A program made the translations under genes and the position numbers. The notes under the pieces were generated by a model. It worked only from the letters and a program-made list of their open reading frames with translations. It made no database searches and was not told where the DNA came from. A DNA stretch of 64,000 nt from Octopus sinensis. Its lineage: Eukaryota. This document shows positions 26,685-39,905 of the stretch, one piece after another; the first letter of the stretch is position 1, and each line of letters starts with the position of its first letter. The stretch covers positions 68,758,001 to 68,822,000 of the forward strand of contig NC_043009.1 in assembly GCF_006345805.1 (NCBI RefSeq). Reading direction: 5' to 3'.

Positions 26685-27458
26685 GATATTGGAATTTGAG
26701 ACATGCTTTGTCGACTTACAGAAAAGTGCTATTCTGTCAGAATCCTGAGAAAGATTCTTGAGATTGGAGTTAAGTTGTTAACGCGAAATCTCAGGATGAT
26801 ATCTCTGTTAATTAAATTAGCGTAAACAGCTTCTCTGGGGTAAGAGAGCCCAACTGTTTTGGGGCTGTATAGGAAATCATCAGGAAAAGAGTTTTTCTTG
26901 AGGAGTTCATTACCAACTCATACACTGTTGCACACTTCACTTTTCAGCGCTGCATTTATATATATATTCTTGTTCCTGTTGTTTAGCATTCGAAGGCCGT
27001 CTGCACTGACCTCAGGCCTCTACCACCTTCATTTCTTCTTAGGTAGAGCCTGTCAACATCACTGTTTCTGTGGAGGTTCACAGTTGTTGTCAGGATTTTG
27101 CAGGTTTTGATATCTATGGAGTGGATTTCCTCTACAGACCAATCAAGTACCCCAAATGTTGGGATCAGCACTCGAACTGTAAATGCATTGTGGGATATTG
27201 TTTTGTTGTAAGAGGAAAGTTCCGAAAGTCACATTCTCCTAAGTCTGATGTAATGTTCTCGGGTCACTCAATCTGTATTCACAGTGCCTTCATACGATAC
27301 ATTTTCGTCTGTGCTTAGGTACTTGTAACATTCTTTGTGTGGAATAGGAGAGACCGAGGCTGTTAATGCGCAGGTTTTGGGTTTGGGGGACTGACTTTCT
27401 TCGTTCTATAAACAAATATGAATATTTCTTTTGGCCAAATACCATGCCTATATCGGCT
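25974..27458 (-). mobile_element. R4/Dong-type LINE fragment (RT C-terminus to RLE) interrupted by a 284-bp insert
   Basis: Motifs in order: DIGMVFG, YKYL, LHRNSDVDRLYLRRNEGGRGL, TMHGY, CRLRHVSVEDITHVINSC. 25974-26490 is close to 54905-55467. Confidence 0.85.
26549..26832 (+). repeat. Local duplicated segment, copy 2 (short (GTA)n), inside the R4 element
   Basis: Matches 23691-24172 apart from microsatellite length and a few substitutions. Confidence 0.9.
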
Positions 27459-27746
27459 GTATGTATGTATGTATGTATGTATGTATGTATGTATGTATGT
27501 ATGTATGTATGTATATGTATGTATGGGCGTGTGTGAAAGTAAAGCTGTAAATCGATTTACCTGCAAATCTTGTCAAAGGTTTCTGAAGACTTGTAGTTAA
27601 AAATCAACATTTTCACACAGTCCATGGCCCGGTACATGTTACAAAGACCAGCACCTTCAAGACCGCCAACAAGTACTGTGGGGGGCAAAACAGAAATTAA
27701 CGTAAAATTATTATTTCAGGCAGACATTTACAAAGAATGTGTTTAT

Positions 27747-27785
27747 TTACTGTTCTCAGATATGAGTCATATCTGAGAACAGTAA
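27747..27785. repeat. Perfect 19-bp-arm palindrome
   Basis: ttactgttctcagatatga-g-tcatatctgagaacagtaa. Confidence 0.95.
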
Positions 27786-28105
27786 TCTACATAACAAATG
27801 TGTATTTTTTATGCTTTGCTCGCTTAAGGTGTTAGACTGCGGCCATGCTGGAGCACCGCCTTTAGTCGAACAAATCAACCCCAGGACTTATTCTTTATAA
27901 GCGTAGTACTTATTCTATCGGTGTCTTTTGCCAAGCCGCTACGTTACAGGGACGTAAACACGCCAACATCGGTTGTCAAGTGATGTTGGGGTTACAAAGG
28001 CACACACACACACAAATATACACATATATACGGCAGTCTTCTTTCAGTTTCTGTGTACGAAATCCACTCACAAGGCTTTGGTCGGCCTGAGGCTATAGCA
28101 TATAT

Positions 28106-28152
<47 letters not shown>

Positions 28153-28181
28153 CATATATATATACACACACATATGTGTGT

Positions 28182-28261
<80 letters not shown>

Positions 28262-28271
<10 letters not shown>

Positions 28272-28561
28272 AATTAAGGACTGCACACGAAAAGTGGACA
28301 GTCAACATGCTAGATATAGACGTCAAATCGCCATTCTCCACAAAGAAAAGTTTATGTTCTCAGATCAAACTCAACAAAACCAAAGCAATAAACAAGTGAA
28401 AAATATACAAATTCGTATATTTTTCACTTGTTTATTGCTTTGGTTTTGTTGAGTTTGATCTGAGAACATAAACTTTTCTTTGTGGAGAATGGCGATTTGA
28501 CGTCTATATCTAGCATGTTGACTGTCCACTTTTCGTGTGCAGTCCTTAATTGGTATATATA
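28262..28561. repeat. Perfect palindrome, 147-bp arms and a 6-nt loop
   Basis: I saw no mismatch or indel between 28262-28408 and the reverse complement of 28415-28561. Confidence 0.95.
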
Positions 28562-28647
28562 AATATTTTAATCTTCGGATTCTTTCTTTAATATGCTAGA
28601 CCACTGGTTCTAATTGATAAATATCAATTTTTACCCTAAATTTAATT

Positions 28648-28704
<57 letters not shown>

Positions 28705-29281
28705 CATATAAAATCAAAATAAGCAACAGAATATCCAGAGGTGATGTAGTACGACTGTTTCAGGCGGCTCCATTTAATTGAGCAATGCAATCATTACATC
28801 AATTTAAATGCAGGGCTGCCCTCAGCTGCATAAATAGAATTTTTTGTCAGTTGGACACATTGATATAATTTTACTCAAATTCTCTAATAGAGCAAGAAGA
28901 GGGAAAAGGTCTACTAATGTAGCTCGAAAAATACTTCACTTCTAAGAATTGTATGAAGTTTGTTAGGGTCATAGCTTGTAAAGGAGTGTGGTTCTTTCTT
29001 AATTTATTAATCTTTTTATCAACTACCAAATCTAAGGCTAGAGGACAGGGTGGCATCATTCGAAAGCTAGAAACGATGCGAAGTGCATTGTGGCCAGCGA
29101 GTTATAACAAAATCTGATAGTCTGGTAGATCACGATCGCGTGAAGTATGTATGTATGTATGTATGTATGTATGTATGTATTTATGTACGTACATACGTAC
29201 GTATGTATGTATGTATGTATGTATGTATGTATGTATGTATGTATGTATGTATGTATGTATGTATACATGCGCGCACGCATG

Positions 29282-29358
<77 letters not shown>

Positions 29359-29688
29359 ATATAAAGAAAACAGAAAATGGAGAAAAATTGATGAACAACA
29401 ATTGACTTATATCAATTATTATTTATTAATTCAATACAAATAGACTGCATCCCACCTAACAGCTGTTTCTGCTTCCAGGGTTGTATGGTATAACCATTGA
29501 TATGCTAAACATATCATATTTTGCAATAAAACCGGCCTGAAACATGCAGCTTCATCAGAGTGAAGAAGAAATAAAAAAGAATATCAATAGCAATACAACA
29601 TTGGAAGCAGAAACAGCTGTTAGCTGTTTTATTATTACTAGTATTGTTGTTATACATATATACATACATACAAGCATACGTAATAATA

Positions 29689-29740
<52 letters not shown>

Positions 29741-29748
29741 TAATAATA

Positions 29749-29809
<61 letters not shown>

Positions 29810-29969
29810 GAGGGTGTAAATACATGAACAAAATAAGAATAAACAAAAACAAATTACACGAACTTATATAAACAGAAGATACAAATATTACAGGCATCCC
29901 CCCCACACACACACACTTTAACTAACCATAGACGCACATAGAGATGTACGCATGCGCAAATGAAGACAC

Positions 29970-30201
29970 ATACAATAGAAATACAAAATGGCTGACGGTT
30001 AGTAAGGAGAGACACACAAATAAGAAAGAAGAAAGCAAAGGACCACTGATGAGGTCACAGGAGTTGTGACGAAAGAACTCTGGTCGAAATAAGATTAAGA
30101 TTAATGTAAAAAATAAATAACGCTGAAGCAAAGTAACACCAAATATATAGTGCGTGTGTTTTTATTGGCTAAACTGGCAAAATGACCATTCCCAAATACA
30201 A
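29970..30201 (+). mobile_element. ~232-bp hammerhead-containing unit (retrozyme/PLE-like), copy 1
   Basis: Second copy at 33099-33336; atacaa at both ends. Confidence 0.65.
30041..30085 (+). ncRNA. Minimal type I hammerhead ribozyme
   Basis: GACCA-CUGAUGA-G-GUCAC(7 nt)GUGAC-GAAA-G-AA-CUC-UGGUC: perfect 5-bp stems I and II, 2-bp stem III, CUC triplet. Confidence 0.75.
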
Positions 30202-30368
30202 TATTTCTCCACTTTCTGTTTTCTTTAAATTTTGTTTCTTGATAAACTTATGAGCATAATATGCTTGCATATGTATACCAATGGTTAAACATGGGTAATA
30301 TACCAGTTAATATAATGGATACTTCTATCCCTTAGACGTTTATTTTAACATCTAACTCAGTTAACCTT

Positions 30369-30426
<58 letters not shown>

Positions 30427-30479
30427 TAGATAGATAGATATAAATAGATATAGAGTGAGATTAAGACAACCAATGATAT

Positions 30480-30574
<95 letters not shown>

Positions 30575-30611
30575 TATATATATACGGGTGTGTGTGATTG
30601 TGTATAGAAGA

Positions 30612-31049
30612 ATATATTAATAAAAGGAATTCCAGCCTTGTCTGATTTTCACGTTTTATTTACAATCTTATAATGATATAATATAATAGAATAAAATAAA
30701 ATAGTAGTTAGTTAATTTGGCTCAAAAGCAAATAGCAAGGCCATGCTGATTGAACTAGTACTTTCATGCATTAAATTCTGCAATCTTCAGGTTCATGTAG
30801 TAGTGGTGATAGTCATGCTTCACAATTTTTGACTGTCATGCTTCACAATTTTTGACAGTCAAAAATTGTGAAGCATGACTGTCACCACTACTACATGAAC
30901 CTGAAGATTGCAGAATTTAATGCATGAAAGTACTAGTTCAATCAGAATGAATATTTAACATTCTACTATTTTATTTTATTCTATTATATTATATCATTAT
31001 AAGATTGTAAATAAAACGTGAAAATCAGACAAGGTTGGAATTCCTTTTA

Positions 31050-31058
<9 letters not shown>
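30612..31058. repeat. Interrupted long palindrome with a central 22-bp tandem duplication
   Basis: Outer arms 30612-30707 / 30963-31058; inner arms 30746-30833 / 30858-30945. Confidence 0.9.
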
Positions 31059-31092
<34 letters not shown>

Positions 31093-31221
31093 AGGATATG
31101 TTAACCTCGTAAAGGTGTGGTTACACCCAAGGAAATGCTGGTTCAATACCTTGTATTGTTATGGAATGAAATTCCTTTCAAACAATATGTATATATTAAG
31201 CATATAGTTAACATCCAGAAG

Positions 31222-31680
31222 AAAAGAAGAAAAGAAAATGGAGATAAGGAAATTAACAATTATTTATTATATTATTAACAAATCGGTCATTTTCGCTTCT
31301 TACAGCCGTTTCAATTGATACTCAATAATTCAATTACGAACTTGTACATTAAATTTGCATTTATTTGATATGAGTATAATTTCATGAGAGAAAAAGATGC
31401 ACCGTGGGATGTTATGTGCGGACCTTTCAGTTCCTTTTAGAGTCTGCTGAAATGAACTGATAATTCCACACATAATGAACTGATAGGCCCGCTTACAACA
31501 TCGCAAGGTACATCTTTTCCTCTGATGAAATTATGCACAAGTCACATAAATGCAAATTTAATGTACAAGTTTGTAATCAAATTATTGATTATTAATTAAA
31601 ACGGCTGCAAAAAGTAAGGATTACCAATTTGTTAATAAATAATTGTTAACTTCCTACTTTCCATTTTCTTTTCTTCTTTT
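31222..31680. mobile_element. Old fold-back element or long-TIR MITE (~205-bp diverged arms)
   Basis: 31222-31431 aligns to the reverse complement of 31477-31680 with many substitutions. Confidence 0.65.
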
Positions 31681-31706
31681 AACAGTATATGTGTGTGTGT
31701 GCGTGC

Positions 31707-31751
<45 letters not shown>

Positions 31752-32310
31752 TGTATTTGGTTGGCTTAATCTCAAGATTAAGCTAACTTTTGAGACATGA
31801 CAAGGCTCAATACGTGGTGAAAATTTTAAATGATTATTTTCTTATTTTGTGAAATTTTACAGAAATACAAATGTTTCAAATTTCCTCCGAAGAACAAAGA
31901 TTAGTGCTTTCATAAAAGTAACCCCCCACACACAAACACACATACACACACACGCACACATTAATACATGCACATACAAATACACTCACACATAGAAGCA
32001 TGCATATATATAAATACATACACACATGTACATAAAACAAAACGGAAAAAACACTTCTTATTTTAACTTCCTCCTGAAATGGTAAACTTTTATGCTCGTT
32101 TCGTTAAAGTCTACTGAAGCTTATCCCAGCCAAAATATTTGTATTTTGTAGCTTTTGTTGTTGTTGTTTTTAATTATATTGGTAAATTATTCGTTTCTAA
32201 CGTTGGTACCAAACTGCAAATTTTGAGTTTGAGCAGAAAACTAGATTAAACCGACAACAGCAGAACGTAAATGGATAAAAGCAGCTATGCATACAAATGT
32301 ATGCGTGTAG

Positions 32311-32350
<40 letters not shown>

Positions 32351-32724
32351 TTATCTGTGTGTGTATGTGTGTGCTTGTCTTTGGGTGTGTGAGAGAGAGT
32401 GTGTGTGGTTATCTGTGTATGTATGTGTGTGCTTGTCTTTGTGTGTATGTGTATGTATGTGTGGTTATGTATGTGAGTGTGAGGTTATGTGTGTGTTTGT
32501 CTTTGTGTATGTGTGTGAGAGAGAGAGTGTGTATGTATGGTTATCTCTGTGTGCATGTGTGTGCTTGTCTTTGTGTGTGTATTTGTCTTTGTAGGTGTGT
32601 ATGTGAGTGTGTGTGAGTGTGTGTGTGGTTATGTGTGTGTTTGCTTATGTGTGTGTGTATGTGTGTGCATGGTTATGTGTGTGCATGGTTATGTGTGTGT
32701 GTGTGTATATGTGAGAGAGAGAGA

Positions 32725-32763
<39 letters not shown>

Positions 32764-33098
32764 GGAGAGATAGAGTGTGTGTGTACGAAAGGCTTCTTTC
32801 AGTTTCACTACCAGATAATCTCGCAAGGATTTTATCAGCTCATGCAGTGGGACTGAACCAAGAACAATGTGTTTGAGAAGCAAGCTTCGTATTATGCAAC
32901 CTCACCTATATATATATATATATGTGTGTGTGTGTGGTGTGTGTGTGTGTGTGTTGTTGTATTTAAGAATGGTCATGTTGCCAGTTTAGCCAATAAAAAC
33001 ACACGTATATGTTTATATATGTATATATATATATATATATATATGTCTCTCCTTACTAACGGCCAGCCATTTTGTATTTTGTATTATTATTGTATGAC

Positions 33099-33336
33099 AT
33101 ACAATAGGAATACAAAATACAAAATGGCTGGCCGTTAGTAAGGAGAGACACACAAAGAAGACAGAAGAAAGCAAAGGACCACTGATGAGATCACAGGAGT
33201 GTGACGAAAGAACTCTGGCCGAAATAAGATTAAGATTAATGTAAAAAATAAATAAAGCTGAAGCAAATTAACACCAAATATATAGTGCGTGTGTTTTTAT
33301 TGGCTAAACTGGCAACATGACCATTCCTAAATACAA
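33099..33336 (+). mobile_element. Hammerhead-containing unit, copy 2 (ribozyme at 33177-33220 has mismatches in stems I and II)
   Basis: Similar to 29970-30201; preceded by an inverted partial copy at 32957-33085. Confidence 0.65.
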
Positions 33337-33391
33337 CATCTGTTTCAACACACGATTTCACATGAAGAATCTTGTGAAACAAATATATATA

Positions 33392-33805
33392 CTCTTTTAC
33401 TCTTTTACTTGTTTCAGTCATTTGACTGCGGCCATGCTGGAGCACCACCTTTAGTCGAGCAAATCGACCCCGGGACTTATTCTTTGTTAGCCCAGTACTT
33501 ATTCTATCGATCACTTTTTGTCGAACCGCTAAGTAACGGGGAGTAAATACACCAGCATTGGTTGTCAAGCGATGGTGGGGGGACAAACACAGACACACAA
33601 ACATATACACACACAAACATATATATATATACATATATATACGACAGGCTTCTTTCAGTTTCCCTCAACCAAATCCAATCACAAGGCATTGGTCGGCCCG
33701 AGGCTATAGCAGAAGACACTTGCCTAAGATGCCACGCAGTGGGACTGAACCTGGAACCATGTGGTTGGTAAGCAAGCTACTTACCACACTGCCACTCCTG
33801 CGCCT
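33392..33805 (-). mobile_element. SINE family A, full length
   Basis: Complete head, internal CA/TA tract and tail. Confidence 0.9.
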
Positions 33806-34256
33806 ATGTATATATATATACATACATATATATATTTGACTTGTTTACATATTTCTCGATAAATTTTGGGCGCTAGACGATATACCAGAAATCCCTAGTT
33901 TTGTCGGGACGTTCGGAGACTGCGCAGTGATCTGATTAGTTAGAGAGAGTAAATCATTAGAAGCACATGCTTCTAGTGAGTTAGGATCTCAGAACAACAG
34001 GGCTCTTACCGATGAATTCTCCCTGAGCAAATAAATTATCTTTATTGATGAAAAGAAAGAAACTGCAGTCTAAGAGTAACCGAGTTAGTAAATGTTTTTA
34101 TCTTCATTTCACTTAATTTATCTAGCTTCTGTGTTTCTGGCACATATTTCGCCTTAATGTACTGATATATGAAAAATATATGGCTTGTGCTAGAAATACC
34201 AGTGATAATTATTTTTATTTTATCGCAATTTGACTTGTTTATATATATATATATAG

Positions 34257-34304
<48 letters not shown>

Positions 34305-34387
34305 GTGTGTGTGTGTGTATGTATATATGTATCATACAACCACGCCTATATATATACATATATATTTATATATTGTACAACCATGCC

Positions 34388-34469
<82 letters not shown>

Positions 34470-34501
34470 ATGCATACATGTGGATGAGAGAGAAGGAGAA
34501 A

Positions 34502-34969
34502 GAGTGAGTGCAGGGCATTCCATCAAAGTAACACTAAGATAGAAACATACGAAGCTCGATATACCTTTCATGACTGCCTGTTTGATAAGGGTAGACCGGA
34601 CACGTGCATTGCAACCATATGCGTGCAACATGGTGACTTTACTTCAAGATAAACAGTGCATGATCTTGCAGGTGAGGCTCATTTCGAATTTTCTGCAGAC
34701 CATGTAGCCCATTCCGCTCAGAAGGTCCCTGAATAAGGGTTGTTTAAAGATGATGAACGAAACACCCCTGGTTTCCTGAGGTGAACTATCCGAACCCCAA
34801 AGAAACCCTTTCAACACATGGTTATGATGCTCCTCCACTACCCCTGCTCATTATCAGAGATGCACATATTGTTAGCTTCAAAGGGACATGCTCAGCTGGT
34901 TTAAGGTCAAGCAACGGACAAGCTAATCTTTGGTAGTGAGCAGAATATTTACTGTAGCCCATCTTTTAC
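34502..34969 (-). mobile_element. Second copy of the 24477-25034 repeat
   Basis: Colinear reverse-complement similarity. Confidence 0.7.
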
Positions 34970-37166
34970 GTACGCACGTACGTATGTCAGTACGTAAAAG
35001 ATGTACATACATACATACATGTATGTATGTATGTATGTATGTACGCATATTAAGGAATGAAAACATTGAGAAAGGTGTGATACTTAGTGAAATAGGCAAA
35101 CTATAAATTCAGATTTGTATTCAAGAAAATTTATTGAGAGAAGCAGAAATAATATGGAAGAGGTTGTCGTGTGTCAAGGAAACAGAGAAAACGTGGACGT
35201 GTAAAAGGTGAGTATATGATTGCATATTATAATCTTATATCAGCGCTGAGCATACCAATGTTTAAGGACATTCTAACCGTGACCGTCTCAATTTTTTAGG
35301 CATAATGTACGTAGAATTGTAATATATTGTTGTCTGATGTATTCGTTAGAGTGATTTTAGAGAGATATAGCTGCTATTTCTAGCTGGTCATGCGACCACA
35401 TAAAGGTTCTCTCGTTGGCTTGAGAGAATCAAAGAGAAAGATAAGGGGAGGAGGTATAGAAAGTGTTTGAGGAGCGGAGGCGGGAGGGAGGGGGTTGTTT
35501 AAACGCGAAGAAAGCAAAACATGACGAGAAAGAGAAGGAAGTTAGACGCTGGGAGAGTTTGGTTGCTATGGCAACGCGGATAAACAGTAGAATAAGTTGC
35601 GAGATGCGTTGAAATAATGAGACTGACAGACAGACTAAGAAAGAGAGAGAGGGGGAGAGTGAGAGGCGAAGGTAGAAGGAACAAGGATGAAGGGAGGGGT
35701 AAGAGTTAAGAATAGAGTGCAAAAGAATCGAACGCAGAGAAACAGCGGTAGTCAGAGGAGAATGAGAGACAGAGAAAAGAGAGAGGGGAATGAGAAGAGC
35801 GTGAGTGAGAGGCAGAGAAGACGAGAGAGGGATAGAGAAAGTAGAGGGAGGAGAGGGATAGGAAAAAGGCAGAGAGAGACAGAAAGAGAAAAGAGGAGTT
35901 GAAAAGAGAGAGAGTGATAAACAATGATGAGAAGAAAAGGTGTGGGGAGAGGGGAACAGTGAAAAAGTATGTGGATTTTATACACACACACATACACACA
36001 GTCATACACTCACACATACATATACAAAGAGAGAGGAGTATGAGTGAGAGAGAGGGGTAGGGGTGAGAGAGAGAGGAAGAGTGATAGACAGAGAAACACT
36101 GGAGAAAAAGTGGCACAACAGAGATGGAAGAAAGTTTAATTGGAAAGACGGAGAGAGAGGAACAATGGTTAAGAGGAGAGGGAAGAGCAAAGCTCCAAAC
36201 ACGTGCTTCCGTCTATCAGAACATCGTATCTACATTGACTGGAAAAAATAAAATAAAATGAATTAAAAAACCAACTAATCTGGTGTGTATTGCATAAACA
36301 AAAGTCTTGTATATTCTTGGCAACGATAAAATATTGGCGAATGGAAATTACGAGATATGTGAGGAATTAAGAGAGAGAAAATGGCGTTGTAGAAATAGAT
36401 CTGGATTGTAAATTGGTGAGTTGGAATAATCTGGGAAGTAAATTAGCGAAACCTTTTGAGTTATATGGACGTGTGTGGGTGTGTGTGTGTGTGTGTGTGT
36501 GTGTTATACTTTAGCCAGTTTCAGTCACAGGACTGCGGTCATGCTGGAGTACTTCTTTGAAACTGTTAACTGATCAAAGTATTAATTGAACAAATCGACC
36601 CCCGTACTTATAACAGTTCAGTTACTTGTTTTATAGATCGCTATTTGTCGAGCAAAAGGTGACAGTGCATGCATTTTACACAAGTGTGTGTGTGTATAAA
36701 TGAGATCAGTGACCTTTCGTCACTGGAAAAAGTATATATATTTGCATTGAGAATCACTTCCCACCGCCAACCGGTGATTGTCACACGCTGATGACGGATC
36801 AATACCCAGAAACTCGGGTCCATGAGTATCACGTCAGGCTTGGGACGGGAATGATGACTTCTTTTTGCAAGCACTGACAGGGCACAGATATTGTGTCAAT
36901 AGCCAGCTGTAATGTCTTCCTGGAGCTACAAGCTACAGTAGCATCAACCCTTAAGAGTTAGCCACATTTAGGTGGCAAATATACTTCACGATGTCGTGCA
37001 GCTACTGTTTATACCTCGCTCAGAGATTTATTATATATATATTAAGTTCGCTAAGAAAATAAATCTGAATTGAACTCAAAACAGAGAACAGAAAACGAAA
37101 CAAGCGAACATGAAACACTCGAAACGGCCGCTGGACCAATTAAAAGTAGCAGAGTAGCTGTTCCAG

Positions 37167-37267
<101 letters not shown>

Positions 37268-37714
37268 ATCTCTATCTCTCTGTCTATCTCTCTCTCATTC
37301 TCTATCTCTCTCTCTCTCTCACTCTCTATCTCTCTATCTCACTCTCTCTCTCTATTTATCTATCTGTCTCTCTCTCTATCTCTCTATCTCATTCTCTCTC
37401 TCTCTATCTCTCTACCTCTTTCTCTCTCTCTCTCACACACACTCTCTCTCAATCATTCTCTCTCTATCTATCTCTATCTCTCCCTCTCTCTCCCTCTCTC
37501 TAATATATAATCACCAATGCTTATCTCTTCCTTTCCTTCTCTCTCTATCAGGATTACACAAACAGATCCATTTCTTCCCCCCCCCCCGTTACAATTTGAC
37601 GCTATATACATTACATATATTTACATACATACATAACATATACATTAGCCAGCTAGTCTAAGGAAAACTCCGTACTGTATTCTGTTGATTTTAATTTGAG
37701 ATTTATAGAAGTCA

Positions 37715-37945
37715 AAATGGCAGAATCAGTAGAGCGTCGGACAGAATACCTTGCGGTATTTGTTCCAAATCTCTGCGCTCTGAGTTCAAATCTCGTCGAA
37801 GTCAAATTTGCTTTTTATCCCTTCAGGGTCGATAAAATGTGCCGATCAAATACAATGAAATCGCAGAAAAGTGAGAAGATGGAGCGGATGCCCAGCGGTA
37901 TTTCTTCCGGTTCTTTGCGTTTTGGGTTCGAATTCCTTCACAGCC
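37715..37945 (+). mobile_element. SINE family B, two diverged partial units
   Basis: ggcagaatc...gagttcaaat motifs. Confidence 0.65.
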
Positions 37946-38244
37946 TACTTGGGTGTTAGACTTTACCAGTCGGCTGGTTTAGTACCACCGCCTGGTACTT
38001 TAGATACCTTTAGCGGAGTCGACTCTCTTGCAAGCATCTGGACCAGATTTCTGATTTGAGGGTGCCGTCCTGTCTTTCCCATCCATTTGTCACAGAATCT
38101 TCGTAACGGATTATGGGCCCTGCCTCCCCCTCTGACTAAAAGAGTTTTTGAAACTTGGCACACCATTCGGCTTCAAGAGAATTCTGGAAATGAAACAAGT
38201 GGCATGATTGTGTTGGTGGACATGCCAATAATCTATGATAATAT

Positions 38245-38898
38245 CATCATCATTCATCATTGTTCGACTCTGGTCGAGACAATAGAATTTACTAAGTTAC
38301 GCCAGACTTCACGGTCCATCATAGCATTACGGAGGTCCTGTTACTGGATGCCTGTATCCCTGGAGATTACATCAGGGTAGGAGAGTGTGCGCCCTCTGGT
38401 ATCGCGAGCAGATGGCTTCCAGAGGAGAAGAGTAGAAATTACCTCGTTTTCAGCTCTACAACAATGTCCAGCAAACTGGACTCTTCCACCTTTCACAAGA
38501 GATGATACGGGTGGTAGTTTCCCATATATTTGTACTTTGGTTGGATGACACTTCCACGAGAGATTTTGAGCTCTCATAAGGAGGTGAGTGTAAGTTCCAT
38601 CCAACCGCCTCTCAAGATTCTTTGATAACGTCCAGGTTTCTGAGCCATATAGTAGAATTGGTTCGACTGTGGTTTTGAAGATTTTAAACAAGTGCCTGTC
38701 CAACAGTGATTGCATCATCCACACTCTCAACAATGCGCCCTTAAATATGGTTTCTGATTATAAATATCTTGGGTCATACATATCATCATCTGAAAAAAAT
38801 TTTCTAACTAGAAAGGGTATGGCCTGGTCAGCCTGTAATGATATGCATAGGATCTGGTCATCAAACCTAAGTAGAGATTTCAAACTTAAAATCTTCAA
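38245..38898 (-). mobile_element. RTE-type LINE, 5'-truncated with a 5' inversion and 10-bp TSD
   Basis: The minus strand encodes KIFKTTVEPILLYGSETW...FAGHC and ends in an (ATG)n tail at 38245-38260. The plus strand at ~38688-38898 encodes the upstream YKYLGS...RKGMAWSA. TSD ATGATAATAT at 38235-38244 and 38899-38908. Confidence 0.9.
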
Positions 38899-39197
38899 AT
38901 GATAATATGGGTACCTAGCGAAGATTAACGGAGATTTTACGACCATTCTTTTTCTTTCCTGCTTCCATTTTGTAATCATAAACAAATAGAATGTTACAAA
39001 TACGCATGTGTTAGAGATTAGAGTAGTATGATTAAATGCTATTTTGGCTGCTGTTTCTAGAACTTCAAAGGATCGAAATCCAATGAATGTTCTAAAGGGC
39101 TGCCATAGGAGATAGCGATAAAAATGTAAACAAACCCACGCCATAACCCTCCTTCCATCTCTTCATAATTTGTCCCTCTTTTGAAGCCAGTCTTTCA

Positions 39198-39271
<74 letters not shown>

Positions 39272-39828
39272 CAACTAGCCTGGAAGGAGGCAACGATGAA
39301 GCGAAGGAACCACAAAAGGGGGACTGAGGTGGAGAGAAGACCAGTTTGACGTCATAGAAACGTATTTTGGAATCTTACAGTTACGACCTCTCCTTTCCAA
39401 TTTGATGGATGTCTGCTTTTGATATCTGCTGCTCCGATTCAATCTTCTCTTTCTTCTTGACAGATACGATGGTGTGGTGGCAGGGAGAGCTGACTCTCAT
39501 TTCTCAAAATAACTGTTATACAGCTCTTTCCAGAGAGACGAGGAGTAACGTGTATGCGTGTGTTTACGGGTGCGCCTTGTGCAAAGTCTGAATACAAAGC
39601 GGACACACAGACAATTTACACACACGCACACACACACACACCACATACATGCACGCGAGCACAGACATTTCGGCCTGCCAAGCCGTCATCGGACTGTCCG
39701 ATGGAAGGTATGCAGGCCGTAACTTCGAAGTCATTGTCAACATTCTTCTTAAAGAATGACAAATATGAACTCAACAAAAAAGTATTGACCAACCCTTCTA
39801 TTCTATGTAAAACTAATATGTGTGTGTG

Positions 39829-39833
39829 TGTAC

Positions 39834-39900
<67 letters not shown>

Positions 39901-39905
39901 CAGAC

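Noticed and set aside
29525-29560. Minus-strand CUGAUGA followed by a partial stem
   Set aside because: The GAAA element is missing; at best a deleted relic.
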